DNA of 64,000 nucleotides from Octopus sinensis (GCF_006345805.1 NC_042997.1:181722001-181786000); one strand, 5' to 3'; positions 41,097-54,659 are shown, counted from the first letter of the stretch. Made by a program: numbers and translations. The notes: generated by a model not told the origin, from the sequence alone.

Positions 41097-43360
41097 CAGA
41101 GGCAATGCCTGAATGGCTCACGAAGGGGAAAACCATCTTAATTCCCAAATCAAATGAGACAGCAAAACCAGAAAACTACAGACCAATAACCTATCTCCCT
41201 ACGATGTACAAGGCATTTACTGCAGTGATATCGCAAAGGTTGAACAAGCACCTAGACGAAAACAACCTGTTTCCAGAAGAGCAGAAAGGATGCCGCAAAG
41301 GCTCATACGGCTGTAAAGATCAACTAATGATCAATAAAGCCATAACTGAAGACAGCCACAGAAAGAAGAAAGGCCTCAGTATGGCCTGGATTGACTACAA
41401 AAAGGCGTTTGATAGCATCCCTCACACATGGATCCTCGAAACACTAGCCATTAACAAAGTAGCACCAACAATTATAAAATTCGTTGGGCACTCTATGAAT
41501 AAATGGCAAACAGTCCTACACCTCCAAACAAAAGAGGGACTCATGAAAACCAAAGCCATCCCCATTAGAAGAGGAATATTCCAGGGAGACACGCTCTCTC
41601 CACTCCTTTTCTGCTTGGCACTGTCACCTCTATCTGATATGCTAAATAGAACTGAATGCGGATATAAATGTTACGGCAAAACGATCAGCCACCTTTTATA
41701 TATGGATGACCTAAAACTATACGCTGCAAATGACAAACAGCTGGAAACACTATTAAAGACAGTTCATGGATTTACCAAAGAACTAGATATGAAATTTGGA
41801 TTAGAAAAATGCGCCAAAGTAACCATGAAAAGAGGAAAACTAGTTAAGAGTAGCAACATCACACTAGATAAAACCAATGAAATAAAAGAATTGGACCAAA
41901 GCCAAACTTAAAATACTTAGGAATCCATGAACTAGATAAGACACAACACACACAAATGAAAGAGAAAATAAAGAAAGAATATTATAGACGAGTTAGATCA
42001 ATACTAAAAACAGAGCTCAATGCTAAAAACAAGATAATAGGTATTAACACTTTAGCTGTCCCAGTTATAAGTTACAACTACAATATCCTTAACTGGACAC
42101 TAAATGAACTGACCAAAATAGATAGGAAAACAAGAAAAATAATGACAGGGTCTAGGATGCATCACCCAAAAACTGACATAGAAAGACTATATATACACCG
42201 TATAGAAGGTGGTAGAGGCCTTATACAGCTGGAAAACTACTATAAAATAACCACCATAGGACTGCAAAAATATCTACTTCAGAAGGAAGGAAAACTGATA
42301 CAAATAGCGGCAAAACACGAGAAAAACAAAAAAACTGTTCTCAGTATTTAAGGAAGCTGACAAATACAAACAAGAAATCATACCACCTAACAAATATAAA
42401 GAAGAAGAAGAAGAAGAAGAAGAAGAAACAAATGCTATAAAACAAATGAAATCCAAACTAAAACTAGAACAGCAAAGAACCATGATAAAACGATGGCAAG
42501 AAAAACCCCTTTACGGTAAATACTGGGCTAAACTAAATGCAAAAGAAATAGACAAAGAAAAATCCCAGCAATGGTTGAGAAGCTCAGGACTCAAAGCAGA
42601 GACAGAGGGATTTTTAATTGCAGCACAAGACCAAAGCCTCCCCACCAGAAATTACCAAAAACATGTAATGAAAAGAAATATAACAAGTAACTGCAGAATA
42701 TGTGGAGATGGACATGAAACAATAAATCATATTATCTCTGGCTGCCCAGTCCTGGCTAAGAAGGAATATATTCACAGACATGACAGAGTTGGAACCTACA
42801 TACACTGGAAGCTATGCCAACATTATGGAATAACAACAGAAAAAAGATGGTATAGGCACACACCAGAAAAGGTCACAGAAAACGAAAAAGCAACCATACT
42901 TTGGGATATGCCGATACACACAGATAGAGAAATTAAGGCCAACAGACCAGATATAGTTGTCAGAGATCACGAAGAAAAAAATGCTTTCTAATTGATGTAT
43001 CAATACCGGCAGATGACAACGTGTCTCTAAAAGAAATGGAGAAACTTTCAAAATACAAAGACCTGGAAATGGAGGTAACCAGAATGTGGAATCTAAAAAC
43101 AGAAACAATTCCTATCATAGTAGGTGCATTAGGCATGATAAAAAATATTCAGACAAATACATAACAAAAACACTAGGACTTACAAACACATATAACATAC
43201 AGAAAATTGCACTACTAGGCACTGCACACATCCTACGCAGAACACTTTCCATACAATAACCATCAGAGCATCACAAAAAAAAAAACAGCACATACCCAAG
43301 GCACACAGAGCTGCGCTCAGTAGTGAAGTGAAAGCACGCTATAAAAAATAAAACTACTGA

Positions 43361-43362
<2 letters not shown>
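41097..43362 (+). mobile_element. R4/Dong-clade LINE, 5'-truncated and frameshifted, in (TAA)n
   Basis: ORFs 41105..41911 (RT, YMDD), 41956..42351 and 42446..42991 (CRIC..H..C, RHD, RPDIVV); TAA arrays on both sides. Confidence 0.92.
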
Positions 43363-43429
<67 letters not shown>

Positions 43430-43825
43430 TATAACGATAATGACAATGGCTTATGACTTAGGCTCAAGGCCAACAAATCTGAAAAAAACCTAAAATGCAA
43501 CCTTGACCTTGTCGAAATATGGAGCGCAAAAAGTAGTAACAATGGATTACTATTTAGGAACAAGGTTAGCAAATTTAAGTGGAAAGGAATAGTCGATACC
43601 AGAGATTCTAGTACTTGACTGGCAATTTATGTTATCGGCACCGAAAGGATGGAGGGTGATGTTGACCTCGGTGGTATTTGAACGCGGAACGCATTATTTC
43701 TGCGAAGGTACAGATTTCATTTCTATATGCAAAAAGCATTTGTGAAATACTTTACCTGTATATTGGATCTGTAAATTACGAGTTATCAAGTATCAAACAT
43801 ACAAAACATACTGCATTACATGCGG

Positions 43826-44218
43826 TTCTTCTTCTTCTTCTTTCCTTCTTCTTCTTCTTCTTCTTCTTCTTCTTCTTCTTCTTCTTCTTCTTCTTCTTCT
43901 CTTCTTCTTCTTCTTCTTCTTCTTCTTTCTTCTTCTTCTTCTTCTCCTCTTCTTCTTCTTCTTCTTCTTCTCTTCTTCTTCTTCTTCTTCTTCTTCTTCT
44001 TCTTCTTCTTCTCCTTCTTCTTCTCCCTTCTCCTCTTCTTCTTCTTCTTCTTCTTCTTCTTTCTTCTTCTCCTCCTCTTCCTTCTTCTTCTTCTTCTTCT
44101 TCTTCTCCTTCTCTTCTTCTTCTTCTTCTTCTTCTTCTTCTTCTTTTTCTTCCTCTTCTTCTTCTTCTTCTTCTTCTTCTTCTTCTTCTTCTTCTTCTTC
44201 TTCTTCTTCTTCTTCTCT
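43826..44218. repeat. (CTT)n/(GAA)n polypyrimidine tract, about 390 bp
   Basis: Seen directly. Confidence 0.95.
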
Positions 44219-45875
44219 CATCCTCCTTCCCACCACACACCCCTATCTGCTCTCTACCGGTAAATCAGTTAAGATAACAGTAACAACAGCCTGACACACT
44301 AGCAAACAAGTAGCGGCAGCAATTCCACCACCACCAATACCACCACCACCAGCACCAGCACCAGCACCACCACCAGCACCACCACCTCTACCACCACCTC
44401 TACCAATAACAGAATCAGCTACCACCGTCAACTTTCATTAGGAATGCACCTACCGGTCTTCGTTATTTATTTTTTTTATTATTTCTTCGACTTTTCGTGT
44501 CACGTAATTGAGAATGTTTACATCATCAACATTCTTTGCACAATTCCTGATGGTAAAACGAAGTACAAATCAGTTGGCATGTTGCCAAACGCTGCACAGA
44601 TTTTGCATTCTTTGTCTTCCAGCATTATTTCCCTTGCCCCTCTTCCATCTCCCTGAAGCCCTTCGTTGCCACTCCATCCCCACCATCATTCCAACGACCC
44701 CCACAATCCCACCATTAAAACCACCACCACCACCACTACCACCACCAGCACCTTGCTTTCATCCATCATTTTTTCTGCCCCCAATATTCTTTTAATAGCT
44801 ACGATTTGTATCTGACTCCAAATTCCAGTTGCATTATTCTTTTTCCATGATGTCCCTACGGGGTCCTAGACACAGCAGGACAAAATTGCTATAAAGTTTG
44901 AACGATTATTAGAAACATTATGCCAAATATTTGAATGGCAATGGTCCTGAAAAGAAGAATAAAATATAATCATACTGAAAGTATCTTTATATTTGGATTT
45001 AAAGCGATTTAATTTCCCTTGGGATTACGCGATTTTAATAACCGATTTATTAAGTTTTCGACATTTTCCTCTCCTTTAATTAAATGAAAAACAGAAAAAA
45101 AATTAAAGCGGGAAGCTCTATATTGACACCCGTATTTGAACGTTAATTCTATGAAGTGCCAAAATAAGGAGAAATGGGCCTAAACGACTTTAGGTGATGG
45201 GTCTAACACACTGCTCAGTTTAACACCACAGCTTAATCCTAAGTGCTTTTAGCAAAATCCACTCTGTAACATGTATTCAGATCAAATCTCTTAGTTCCTT
45301 TTCTACAGACATTGATCGGCTGATTTTCAGGGAGCGCAACATTTGCAACAACAATCTTCCTCATCTAAGAAGGCCTACAAAGTTGATGGACTTTTGTCGC
45401 TTTCTTCTGAATCACATAAAGAAAAGCATCACTTCATCCTTTGGAATCAGGTTCATTTTTTAAAAACTTAATATATGAATAAATGTGAATGTATACACGT
45501 ATGAATGTATGTGCCATGCTGTAGGTCACAGTTCTTCATCTAAATAACCGAAATTTTACATAGGGTTACATCTTTTCAAGGAGATCACAGACTATAAGGG
45601 TGTTTTGATACTTCTATAACTGCAATCAAGGCAAAGTACTGTTGCTAATTATGTAAATACACACACTAACTACATATGTACATCATCATCATCATCATCA
45701 TTTAACGTCCGTTTTCGATGCTGGCATTGATTGGACGAAATGTGTGTGTGTATATATATATATGTCTTGTTATTATTATTATTATTATTATTTTTATTGT
45801 ATTTTGTATTTATATTTGTGTAACATCGTCTGTTTTTCCGTCCTTGTTTTCGTATACATTCGAGGCTTTATATAT

Positions 45876-45973
<98 letters not shown>

Positions 45974-48260
45974 GTATGTATATATTTATGCATGCATCTT
46001 CACCAGCTACTTTATTGATATGGATCAACGCATTGTCATTACAGTTCAAAGTTCTTTAGGGAAACATATAACGCACAAATTTCTGTTTAAAAAAATATTA
46101 TACATGTAAAGATCGAAATATATGTCCAAAATATTTTATATTTTTCACCTTCTTACTCTACTGGATTATTTTTTGCCGAGATTGATCATCATTCATTTCC
46201 TCGGATTCAAGTGTTACATTTGTTTAATGTTATGACATTACCTGAAAATAGTAGGCAGCTTCATAGGATCTATTGTCCTGTAAAAAAAAGAAAGCAAGCT
46301 AAAGAATAAATATCAAGTAGCTATCGATGATGGAGATATAAACGTAATACTAACCTCAAATCAGCCATGCAATATATCTTCAATTCGATTACTGTTTGAC
46401 ATTATTGATAACATCACTTGATTGATGTCCCCGAATCTGTCAAAAATATATAAATAGATAAATAAGTAAACATGTAGAGTGCGAGTCGGTAAAGTGGTTT
46501 TGACACACAGGTGAAAATATTGCCCTTCCGTTAGATCATTTTGTCTTTAATTTCTTAGAGAAATGTGTTTTTCGACACATTGCTATCTATTTCTGCTATA
46601 GATAAGAGACCATGTAATATATTTGTGTACAGTATAATGACATACATTAGCCACTACTTCGTTAGAAGCTGACAAATACTTCACTACAGAAAGGAAAGAT
46701 TTTAGGATTTCTCAAAAGATGCTTAGTCAAGCCAGTGAAATGTACGAGATAGTATGCACAACATAGCCTGCAAAGGTAGTTATTTTTCTTTCTATATCGT
46801 CTATACCTACGTAATATATGTTACAATACGTTAAAAGAAATGACACACACTCGCACACTTAGAAACTCACATATAAGAAAAGAGCGTGTCATAATTTGTT
46901 TTTGAGTTCTTGCTAACACGTTCAAAAGTGTATCATGCGCCTTCTAAGGCCGTGTATTAGCCGAGTCTTTAGAGAGTAGCTCGCAATGATTGTTTAGTGG
47001 TAGGTGTTCCAACTCTCGGGGCCTTGGGTTCAAATAACTTTGTCTTTCATCCTTTCGAACTCGATATATAAAGTATGAGTCATGCAGATTATTTCTTCGT
47101 TTTCTCTTATATTTTCTGTTTGTCGCTTTGTTTCACTTTTTGGAAGAAATCGGACGTATTCAGACCTGGAAAAAGATAAGATAATCTGCACCAAATTGGA
47201 AATGTCACGAAAGCGCCCTTACTACCCCGTCAGGAGCCGAAGACCCAAAGCAGGATAAGGCATATGCCTTATGACAAAAATTCCGACATTTGCGCATCCG
47301 TATCGCGTTATTACAACGGCAAGAGTATTCTCATATAAAGTTGTAAAAGATCGAAATTATAAACTGATCACCGGTTCTTTCATTCGATATGGGCGTATTG
47401 AGCTGCCGCATAACGTTCCCTTCAGCATCTCATTTCTTTTGCTCTGCCCAACTCATTAGTATTTAAGAATTGAGATTGTCACTTAAGTGTTAATCAAAAG
47501 AAATTATACGCAGACAAGGAGCTGCTTCAGGAGAAATCAAAAGTGTATTAGTTTCAGAGGTCAAAATTTGATAGGCCTTATTCTGTTATTGCCTAGAGAT
47601 TTTCTATTCAACATCACATTGCTATGACGCAATATTGGACAGAACGTTTAAATTGCAATCTACGTTGGTAATATTCACACGTGTCTTATTAAGCGCTTTT
47701 AATTACATATGCTGCAAAATGAGGTACTTTATACCCACTGAATAATAATAGAAAAATGTCAAATTAGACGAAAATTACTCTCTCAGTTCTAACACAGACA
47801 TCTTAGAAATAGTGAAAAGTTGAAATAAACTTAACATTTCTAAAGTTATAATCTGCATTTTGAATTTCCCACTCTTGATAGCTAAAGCAACAAAAATCTA
47901 ATGTCATCTCTGCTACGATGACTGGAACCTGTGATGTGCACGGTACGACGTCGGCATAAACGATTAAGGTGTGTTACCTGTAATAACTCTTTTTCACATA
48001 TGCTGTAGGCGCTAAGAGACATGTAACTGTCAGTTCACTTTCTCCAACACTTGTAGAAAAAAAATGCTTTTATCAGTAAAATTACGATAATTATTGCAAG
48101 GTACTTATGCGCATTACTTAGCATGGCAAGCTTACTTTTGGTCTGTCACTAATAATAAAGAAGTGTGCGCTTTGATACTCAACATTAATCTGCTAACCAG
48201 CTATACGGTCCTGTTTTTTTTTAGTGTCTACATTTTCGCACACAGATACACGCGCGCACA

Positions 48261-48321
<61 letters not shown>

Positions 48322-48829
48322 TCACTCACTCACTCACTCACTCACACACACATGTACTGATGGACATGTATTTATATACATACGCGCACAAACTCGTATG
48401 CGCTCATGAACATGCACACACACATATATATTAGCTAAGATTGTCCCTCCAGCATTGTGGTGTAAAGTCTCGAATTTTGATGGATTAAATGGTTCCGCGT
48501 AAATGACTGGTATTATTTTGTCGATCCTTGAAAGTACTTCAGCTCTGATCAGCTACTGGTCTTTTACAAACCTCAATTTAAGTCCACATCAGAATACTGC
48601 TCACCTGTCTGTGACAAACCGTGACAAATGGGTGTTCTACTTCATCTGTGGCCTTTTCAGTGACATCCCACAGTCACCTGCATTCCGTAAAGCTATTCTT
48701 CTATATGATATACTTATTTTCCTACCTTCATTTACGTTGAAACTGAATCTTTCAATTCTCCATCGTCAATTACTACATGTTTTTAAGAACCATGCTTTTC
48801 ACATGCCCAACTTTATATAGGTGCATCAC

Positions 48830-49610
48830 CTGTGGGACCAAAAGCAAATCTTTTTTGTTTATGCACCCCGAAATATAACAAAAAAAAAATGTTTATAAAG
48901 AAATATTCACTCTTAATGCAACATGAATACTTCAATAACTTAATTTGTCATCATTATCGTTACATTCAAGAATGACTAAATTACCTATTTAAATGAACTG
49001 TATTATATAATTGCCATAACTGTATTGATAAATAAAATAACACATAGAACTCATTTATTATTGTCATATAATAACCAAACAGAAGTTCATGTATGAAATC
49101 CATCTTTTTTCTACCTCAATTATTACCTGCTTTTCTCATATAAAATACACACATACAGGAGGAGTAAATCTAAATCTGTAGTGGTAGCCCCCACCCGGTT
49201 CAGTTTTGAAAATTTATGAAGGGGGTATCAAGTGTGGGGGCTAAAGCAAATCTTTTTGCTTATGCACCTCGAAATAAAACAAAAAAACATTGTTCATAAA
49301 GACATATTCACTCTTAATGCAACATAAATACTTCAATAAGTTATTTTGTCATTACTATCATTACATTCAAGTATGAAATCGATTTTTTTTGTACTTCAAT
49401 CATTACATGTTTTTTCTCTTATAAAACACACACATACAGGAGGTTCATGTATGAAATTCATCTTTTTTCTACTTCAATTATTACATATTTTTCTCTTATA
49501 AAAATACACACATACAGGCAGAATAAATTATGTATATAATAAAACTTTCAATGTGGCTCCCGGGAAACAGTAAAGGTAATTACCTGATCAACGACGGGTA
49601 TTACTGCTAG
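48830..49610 (+). mobile_element. Non-autonomous Helitron with internal direct repeats
   Basis: Ends tacctgatcaacgacgggta (hairpin-like) ttactgCTAG|T at 49610; internal repeats near 48840/49243 and 49085/49443; 5' end not resolved. Confidence 0.6.
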
Positions 49611-49945
49611 TATATTAGATAACATAATATAATATAACATAATATAATATACCATATCATATAATACACAGGCATATTTATATAAAACAATTATGCATGC
49701 ATATGTGTGCGTGTTTATGTATATATATATATATTTAAGTAGGTGAATGAATTAATCCTATGTTTATCGTCAGCATGGAAAATTCGTTTAACCGAAACCG
49801 GGTAGCAAATTCACGTCAGAAACACGGTTTGAAGCGACCTGTCCAGGGTAGAGAAACTCCGGGTTCATGTGCAGAGAAATGTGTGTGTTGTATATGAATA
49901 AATGAAAGAATGGAGTCGAACGAAAATCTTAACAAAATTCATTTA

Positions 49946-50027
49946 CTCTCGACATATGTTTCGAAGACAGCATGTTTTCATTCCAAAGGAATAAAGGGTG
50001 CATTATGCAATCTTCTCATCAGGAAAG
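49946..50027 (-). ncRNA. Hammerhead ribozyme, canonical core, in the inverted pseudo-LTR
   Basis: ctttc-CTGATGA-gaaga..tcttc-GAAA-catatg-TC-gagag. Confidence 0.85.
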
Positions 50028-50578
50028 AAAGGGAGCCTCTCTCGACAACAAGACAAACAAAAATTGCGATGATTGCCTACTGGGTAAACAAAGCGATAAT
50101 GAGTGCTTTTTTAAAAAAATCCGTTAGAAGAATTGACGTCAAAGTTAGATAGTAGGAAGAGAAGGGATAAAGGAATAATAGGTAGGGAACAAGTGGAGAG
50201 GGAAGGGTACGTTGATTGAAAGAATGTTCGAGGGCTTAGGAAAAGAAGTTCTCTATAGTAGTGGGGTGGACGTAAAGCTAATTGTTCAACCACAGTGACT
50301 ATTGTTATCATTATATGAGTAGAAAGTGTGTTTCTGCCAGTGTTTACATTTGTATGATTTTCTATGAGTGTGTTTACTAGGGGAACCTTAGAGAAAAGAA
50401 TATGGAAGAGTTCAGAATTACAATGATATCTAGAATGATATCATTCTATTATCAATTCAGACAAGGTCAGAATCGCTTTCTCTAACACTAGGAATCTTTC
50501 ACAAATATATCTTCCCATCATTCTATTATCAATTCCACAAGGTCAGAATCGCTTTCTCTAACAACTAGGAATCTTTCA

Positions 50579-51358
50579 CAAATTATATCTTCCCACAATA
50601 CCAAGCTGCTAAACAAAGATTCTTCACCGGGAGTTCCAACAATAATCTATCTTGCTAATTCCACCCTCATTAACAATCATAATATAGGAATAGTATTAAT
50701 AGATAACAGCATCGGTAGCAGCGAAAGTGTTAACAATGATAATATTAATAATAGTATTAGTCGTGTTAATAACAATGGTAGTGTTGATGGTAACAGCAAT
50801 AACGGTATTATTGTCGGTGGTATTACCGGTTGTAGTACCATTAATAATACTAATAATAATAGAAATAGTGTAGTTGTTAGCGCTAATAATAATATTAATA
50901 GTAACAACAATCATAACAATAAAAACTTCGTTTCGATCTCGGAGGACAACCCCAACAGAATTAAATTTTTGTCTAGTAATTCTAAGATTAAGAATTCTAT
51001 TTACCAGTGTAGAATATCTTCCGGTACCGATGTCTTCTTCTATATAGGAGCGTCCACTTCCCAGTTATCCAAGAGAATTTCAAACCACTATTCAACATTC
51101 AGGGAAAGTAAAAAGCGACATTGCACAAGGCTAAGTAAATTAGTTTGGCGTCTTAAAGACAACAATATAATTTTCAAGTTAGATTGGTTCATACTGTCTG
51201 TATCCTTTCCTTTTGATAAGGGCAGGAGATTTTGTAACATTTGTAATTCTGAACTCTTCCATATTCTTTTCTCTAAGGTTCCCCTAGTAAACACACTCAT
51301 AGAAAAATCATACAAATGTAAACACTGGCAGAAACACTCTTTCTACTCATATAAATGA
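50579..51358 (+). pseudogene. PLE C-terminal frame: thumb end, Asn-rich linker, GIY-YIG endonuclease
   Basis: QIISSHNTKLL, then about 120 aa N/S/G/I-rich, then SIYQC..FYIG..KRISNHYSTF..LSKLVW.LK..W..CNIC..E..C.H. Open without stops; no start codon (truncated). Confidence 0.85.
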
Positions 51359-51637
51359 TAACGATAGTCACTGTGGTTTGGACAATTAGCTTTACGTCCA
51401 CCCCACTACTATAGAGAAATTCTTTCCTAAGCCTTCGAACATTCTTTCAATCAACGTACCCTTCCTTCTCCACTTGTTCCCTACCTATTATTCCTTTATC
51501 CCTTCTCTTCCTACTATCTAACTTTGACGTCAATTCTTCTAACGATTTTTTAAAAAAAACACTCATTATCGCTTTGTTTACCCAGTAGGCAATCATCGAA
51601 ATTTTTGTTTGTCTTGTTGTCGAGAGAGGCTCCCTTT

Positions 51638-51717
51638 CTTTCCCGATGAGAAGATTGCATAATGCACCCTTTATTCCTTTGGAATGAAAACATGCTGTCT
51701 TCGAAACATGTCGAGAG
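51638..51717 (+). ncRNA. Hammerhead ribozyme in the 3' pseudo-LTR (U4C)
   Basis: ctttc-CCGATGA-gaaga..tcttc-GAAA-catg-TC-gagag. Confidence 0.8.
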
Positions 51718-51848
51718 TAAAGGAATTTTGTTAACATCTTTGTTCGACTCCATTCTTTCATTTATTCATATATATTATATATATATATATGGTGTGTGTG
51801 TGTGTGTGTGTGTATGTATCTAGGTATCTATATCTATATCTAAATTTA

Positions 51849-51899
<51 letters not shown>

Positions 51900-51915
51900 T
51901 TCTCTCTCTCCCCCC

Positions 51916-51972
<57 letters not shown>

Positions 51973-52322
51973 ATATAATATATGTATGTATGTATATATG
52001 CTACTACTGTATACAACTCTCTGAGATTTAGAAATGTAATATTTCTAATTTTGTAGATCAGTGAATGTATTTCACATAAAATCTATATGTTTTCAAAGGT
52101 CAATAAGCATGGACAGAGTGATGATGAGAAATGACTCTGAAACTAGTCTCTGGATGCTGGCTTTGCTGGGTGGAGATGCTTATCTCCCCTGTTTGAAAAC
52201 ACAAGGGCTCAGAACGCTTGTGTCACATGGCCAGCTGGAAATAGTGTTTCCTGGGGCTAAATAGCAGTAGCATTTTCCCTTTCCTGGGACTGCCACATTC
52301 AGTTGGCAACAAGCCATGTGAC

Positions 52323-52411
<89 letters not shown>

Positions 52412-52450
52412 GTTTATGTGTGTATATGTGCGCATATGTATGTATGTATG

Positions 52451-53041
52451 AAAAAAAAGAGGTATAAGGGCATGCTGAAGGCTCCCTTAAGAGGTGCTTG
52501 CATCTCTCCTGACATATGGGAAGGCATAGCTATTGATCGTAGCAGGTGGAGAAGGATTGTGCATGAGGGGACAGCCACGTTTGAGAAATCTCGAGTTGCA
52601 CATGAGAAAGTAAGGAGGGATGTCAGGAAGGGCATCGCTGTCACACTTTCAGAAGGGAAGGGTCTTCCTTTGATTCTGACATGCAATGTCTGTGCAAGAC
52701 CCTGCCTCAGTAAGGCTGGACTCATTAGTCATCTTCGTAGTCATAAAACGAGACAGATGAGTGACAAACTGGCCACTGGTGGTGGTGTAACACACCATAC
52801 TAATCATATCTGTCGGCCATGTGGAAGAGAGTGTAATTCGGCAGGAGGACTTAAACGACATGCAAAGGTACATGAAGTCCAGTTACAAGTACAGCCGGCT
52901 ATTACCAGTAAAATTTTAGTTGCCAATTTTGTACAAGACATGTAGATCTTAGCTGGGCTAAAAAGTCACATTCGATCACAGCACCAGTAACAGTTTAAGC
53001 TTCGTGCAATGGCCATACTCGATAACGAGGGGGGCAGCCAT
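52451..53041 (+). mobile_element. RTE-clade LINE 3' end with three C2H2-like zinc fingers
   Basis: KKRYK..LK..WE.IAIDRSRWRR.V.EG...FE (RTE C-terminus); CNVC..HLRSH; CRPC..HAKVH; third finger frameshifted near 52910. Confidence 0.85.
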
Positions 53042-53078
53042 AAAAAAATGTATCTATCTATCTATCTATCTATCTCTA

Positions 53079-53121
<43 letters not shown>

Positions 53122-53264
53122 ATAGCTATATATATATATATATATATATAGATATATATATATATATATACTACACACATAAACACGCATACATCTCTAT
53201 ACATACACTAATACGTATGTGTATATATATGGAGATGTATGTGTGTAGATAGATAGATAGATAG

Positions 53265-53725
53265 ATAATTAGAAAATGAAGAAAATCACAGATTACCAAA
53301 CACATCGATGGGGCCACATTTGCAGCTCATTTTTTAACACAAAACATAACATAACAAAATAGATGACATAACATATCTTACGGCCGTTACTGAGCGGTTT
53401 CCAAATGCACTCTTTAAATAAATGCGAGAATAAAATTCCTCATCTTCATAGGACTTTCGAAGAGCATACAGTATAAACAATATATTATAATCTCTTGTAC
53501 TTTACTTTGATGAAGATCTGTTGCCTTAATTCGAATATCCTATGACGATGAACTTTATTCTCGCATTTATTTATAGACACCATTTCGGTAACCGATCAGT
53601 AACGGCCGTAAGATACGTTACGTCACCTGTTTTGTTATGTCATGCTTTGTATTCAAAAATAAGCTATAAATGTAGCCCAATCGAAGTGTTTGTTAATGTG
53701 TGGGTTTTCTCCATTTTCTAATTAT
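53265..53725. mobile_element. Old fold-back element (~195-bp imperfect IR) with a decayed HHR at 53502-53602 (+)
   Basis: Arms 53265-53461/53530-53725; ttact-TTGATGA-..-gtaa-ccga-TC-agtaa; opposite arm retains GAAA-ccgc-TC-agtaa. Confidence 0.7.
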
Positions 53726-53968
53726 TTGCATTGGTTCCTGATAAACTTTTGTTTATCCTGTTGTTATCTACACTCTGTGTGCATGATGTGCCTGCACACC
53801 AATGCCTGGGGATAATATAGGTAACGAACACCGATTGTATATACGGATATTTTATCCCTTAGTCGGTTACTCTAACCGCTAACTCTGTTTACACAATATA
53901 TATATATATATAATATATATATTATATATTATAATAATATATATATCTATATTATATAATATATATAA

Positions 53969-54002
<34 letters not shown>

Positions 54003-54006
<4 letters not shown>

Positions 54007-54330
54007 TTTGATACTTTGATACTTTGATAGGTTTCGGCCATTATTGGCCCAGGCCATGTCTAACTAATAGCACCACCTGGTGAAGTCTTTCAAGTCAGAA
54101 TTTGGGCACTATGGCCCACTCAAGTAGAGAGTTATTGTTTACAGAGACAATCCGGGTGTGTGTGTAGGGGTTTATCGGGATTTCTTGAAGGAATCTGTCC
54201 AAAGACTTCTTGAACCCTATCGGGTCAGTTCTGTTTTAATGTGTTGTGGTGTAAGTTAAAGAGAGCGGGTCCAATTGAGGTGAAATAATTGTGCCGTATT
54301 GTTATGAGATGAGAGTGCGATTTTTGTTTT
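54003..54330 (-). mobile_element. CR1-group LINE 3' end with (ATCAAAGT)n tail, in (TA)n
   Basis: Homologous to about 10010-10315. Confidence 0.85.
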
Positions 54331-54339
54331 ATACATATA

Positions 54340-54377
<38 letters not shown>

Positions 54378-54473
54378 AGGTATATATATATATAGATAAG
54401 TATATATATGTGTATATATATATATATAATATATAAGTATATATATGTGTATATATACAATATGTCTCTATGT

Positions 54474-54540
<67 letters not shown>

Positions 54541-54618
54541 GAAATGAAGAAAATGCTGACAAATAATGAAGTAATTTAAGTACTTTAATTAGGTGAAAGT
54601 TCTTTTTACCGGTTGCGC

Positions 54619-54659
<41 letters not shown>

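Larger units (their letters stand above)
49891..51772 (+). mobile_element. 5'-truncated Neptune-type Penelope-like element with an inverted 5' pseudo-LTR
   Basis: ~530-bp inverted arms 49891-50423/51241-51772, GIY-YIG ORF, HHR in each arm, ~78-bp tandem duplication at 50441-50596, (TA)n on the right flank. Confidence 0.9.

Noticed and set aside
43678-44277. Poly-E/K/R/L/S ORFs of about 150-200 aa
   Set aside because: Artefacts of the (CTT)n tract, open in several frames on both strands.
52358-52945. Host C2H2 zinc-finger gene
   Set aside because: Fused to RTE C-terminal motifs, starts in a microsatellite, and has a second truncated copy elsewhere in the window.
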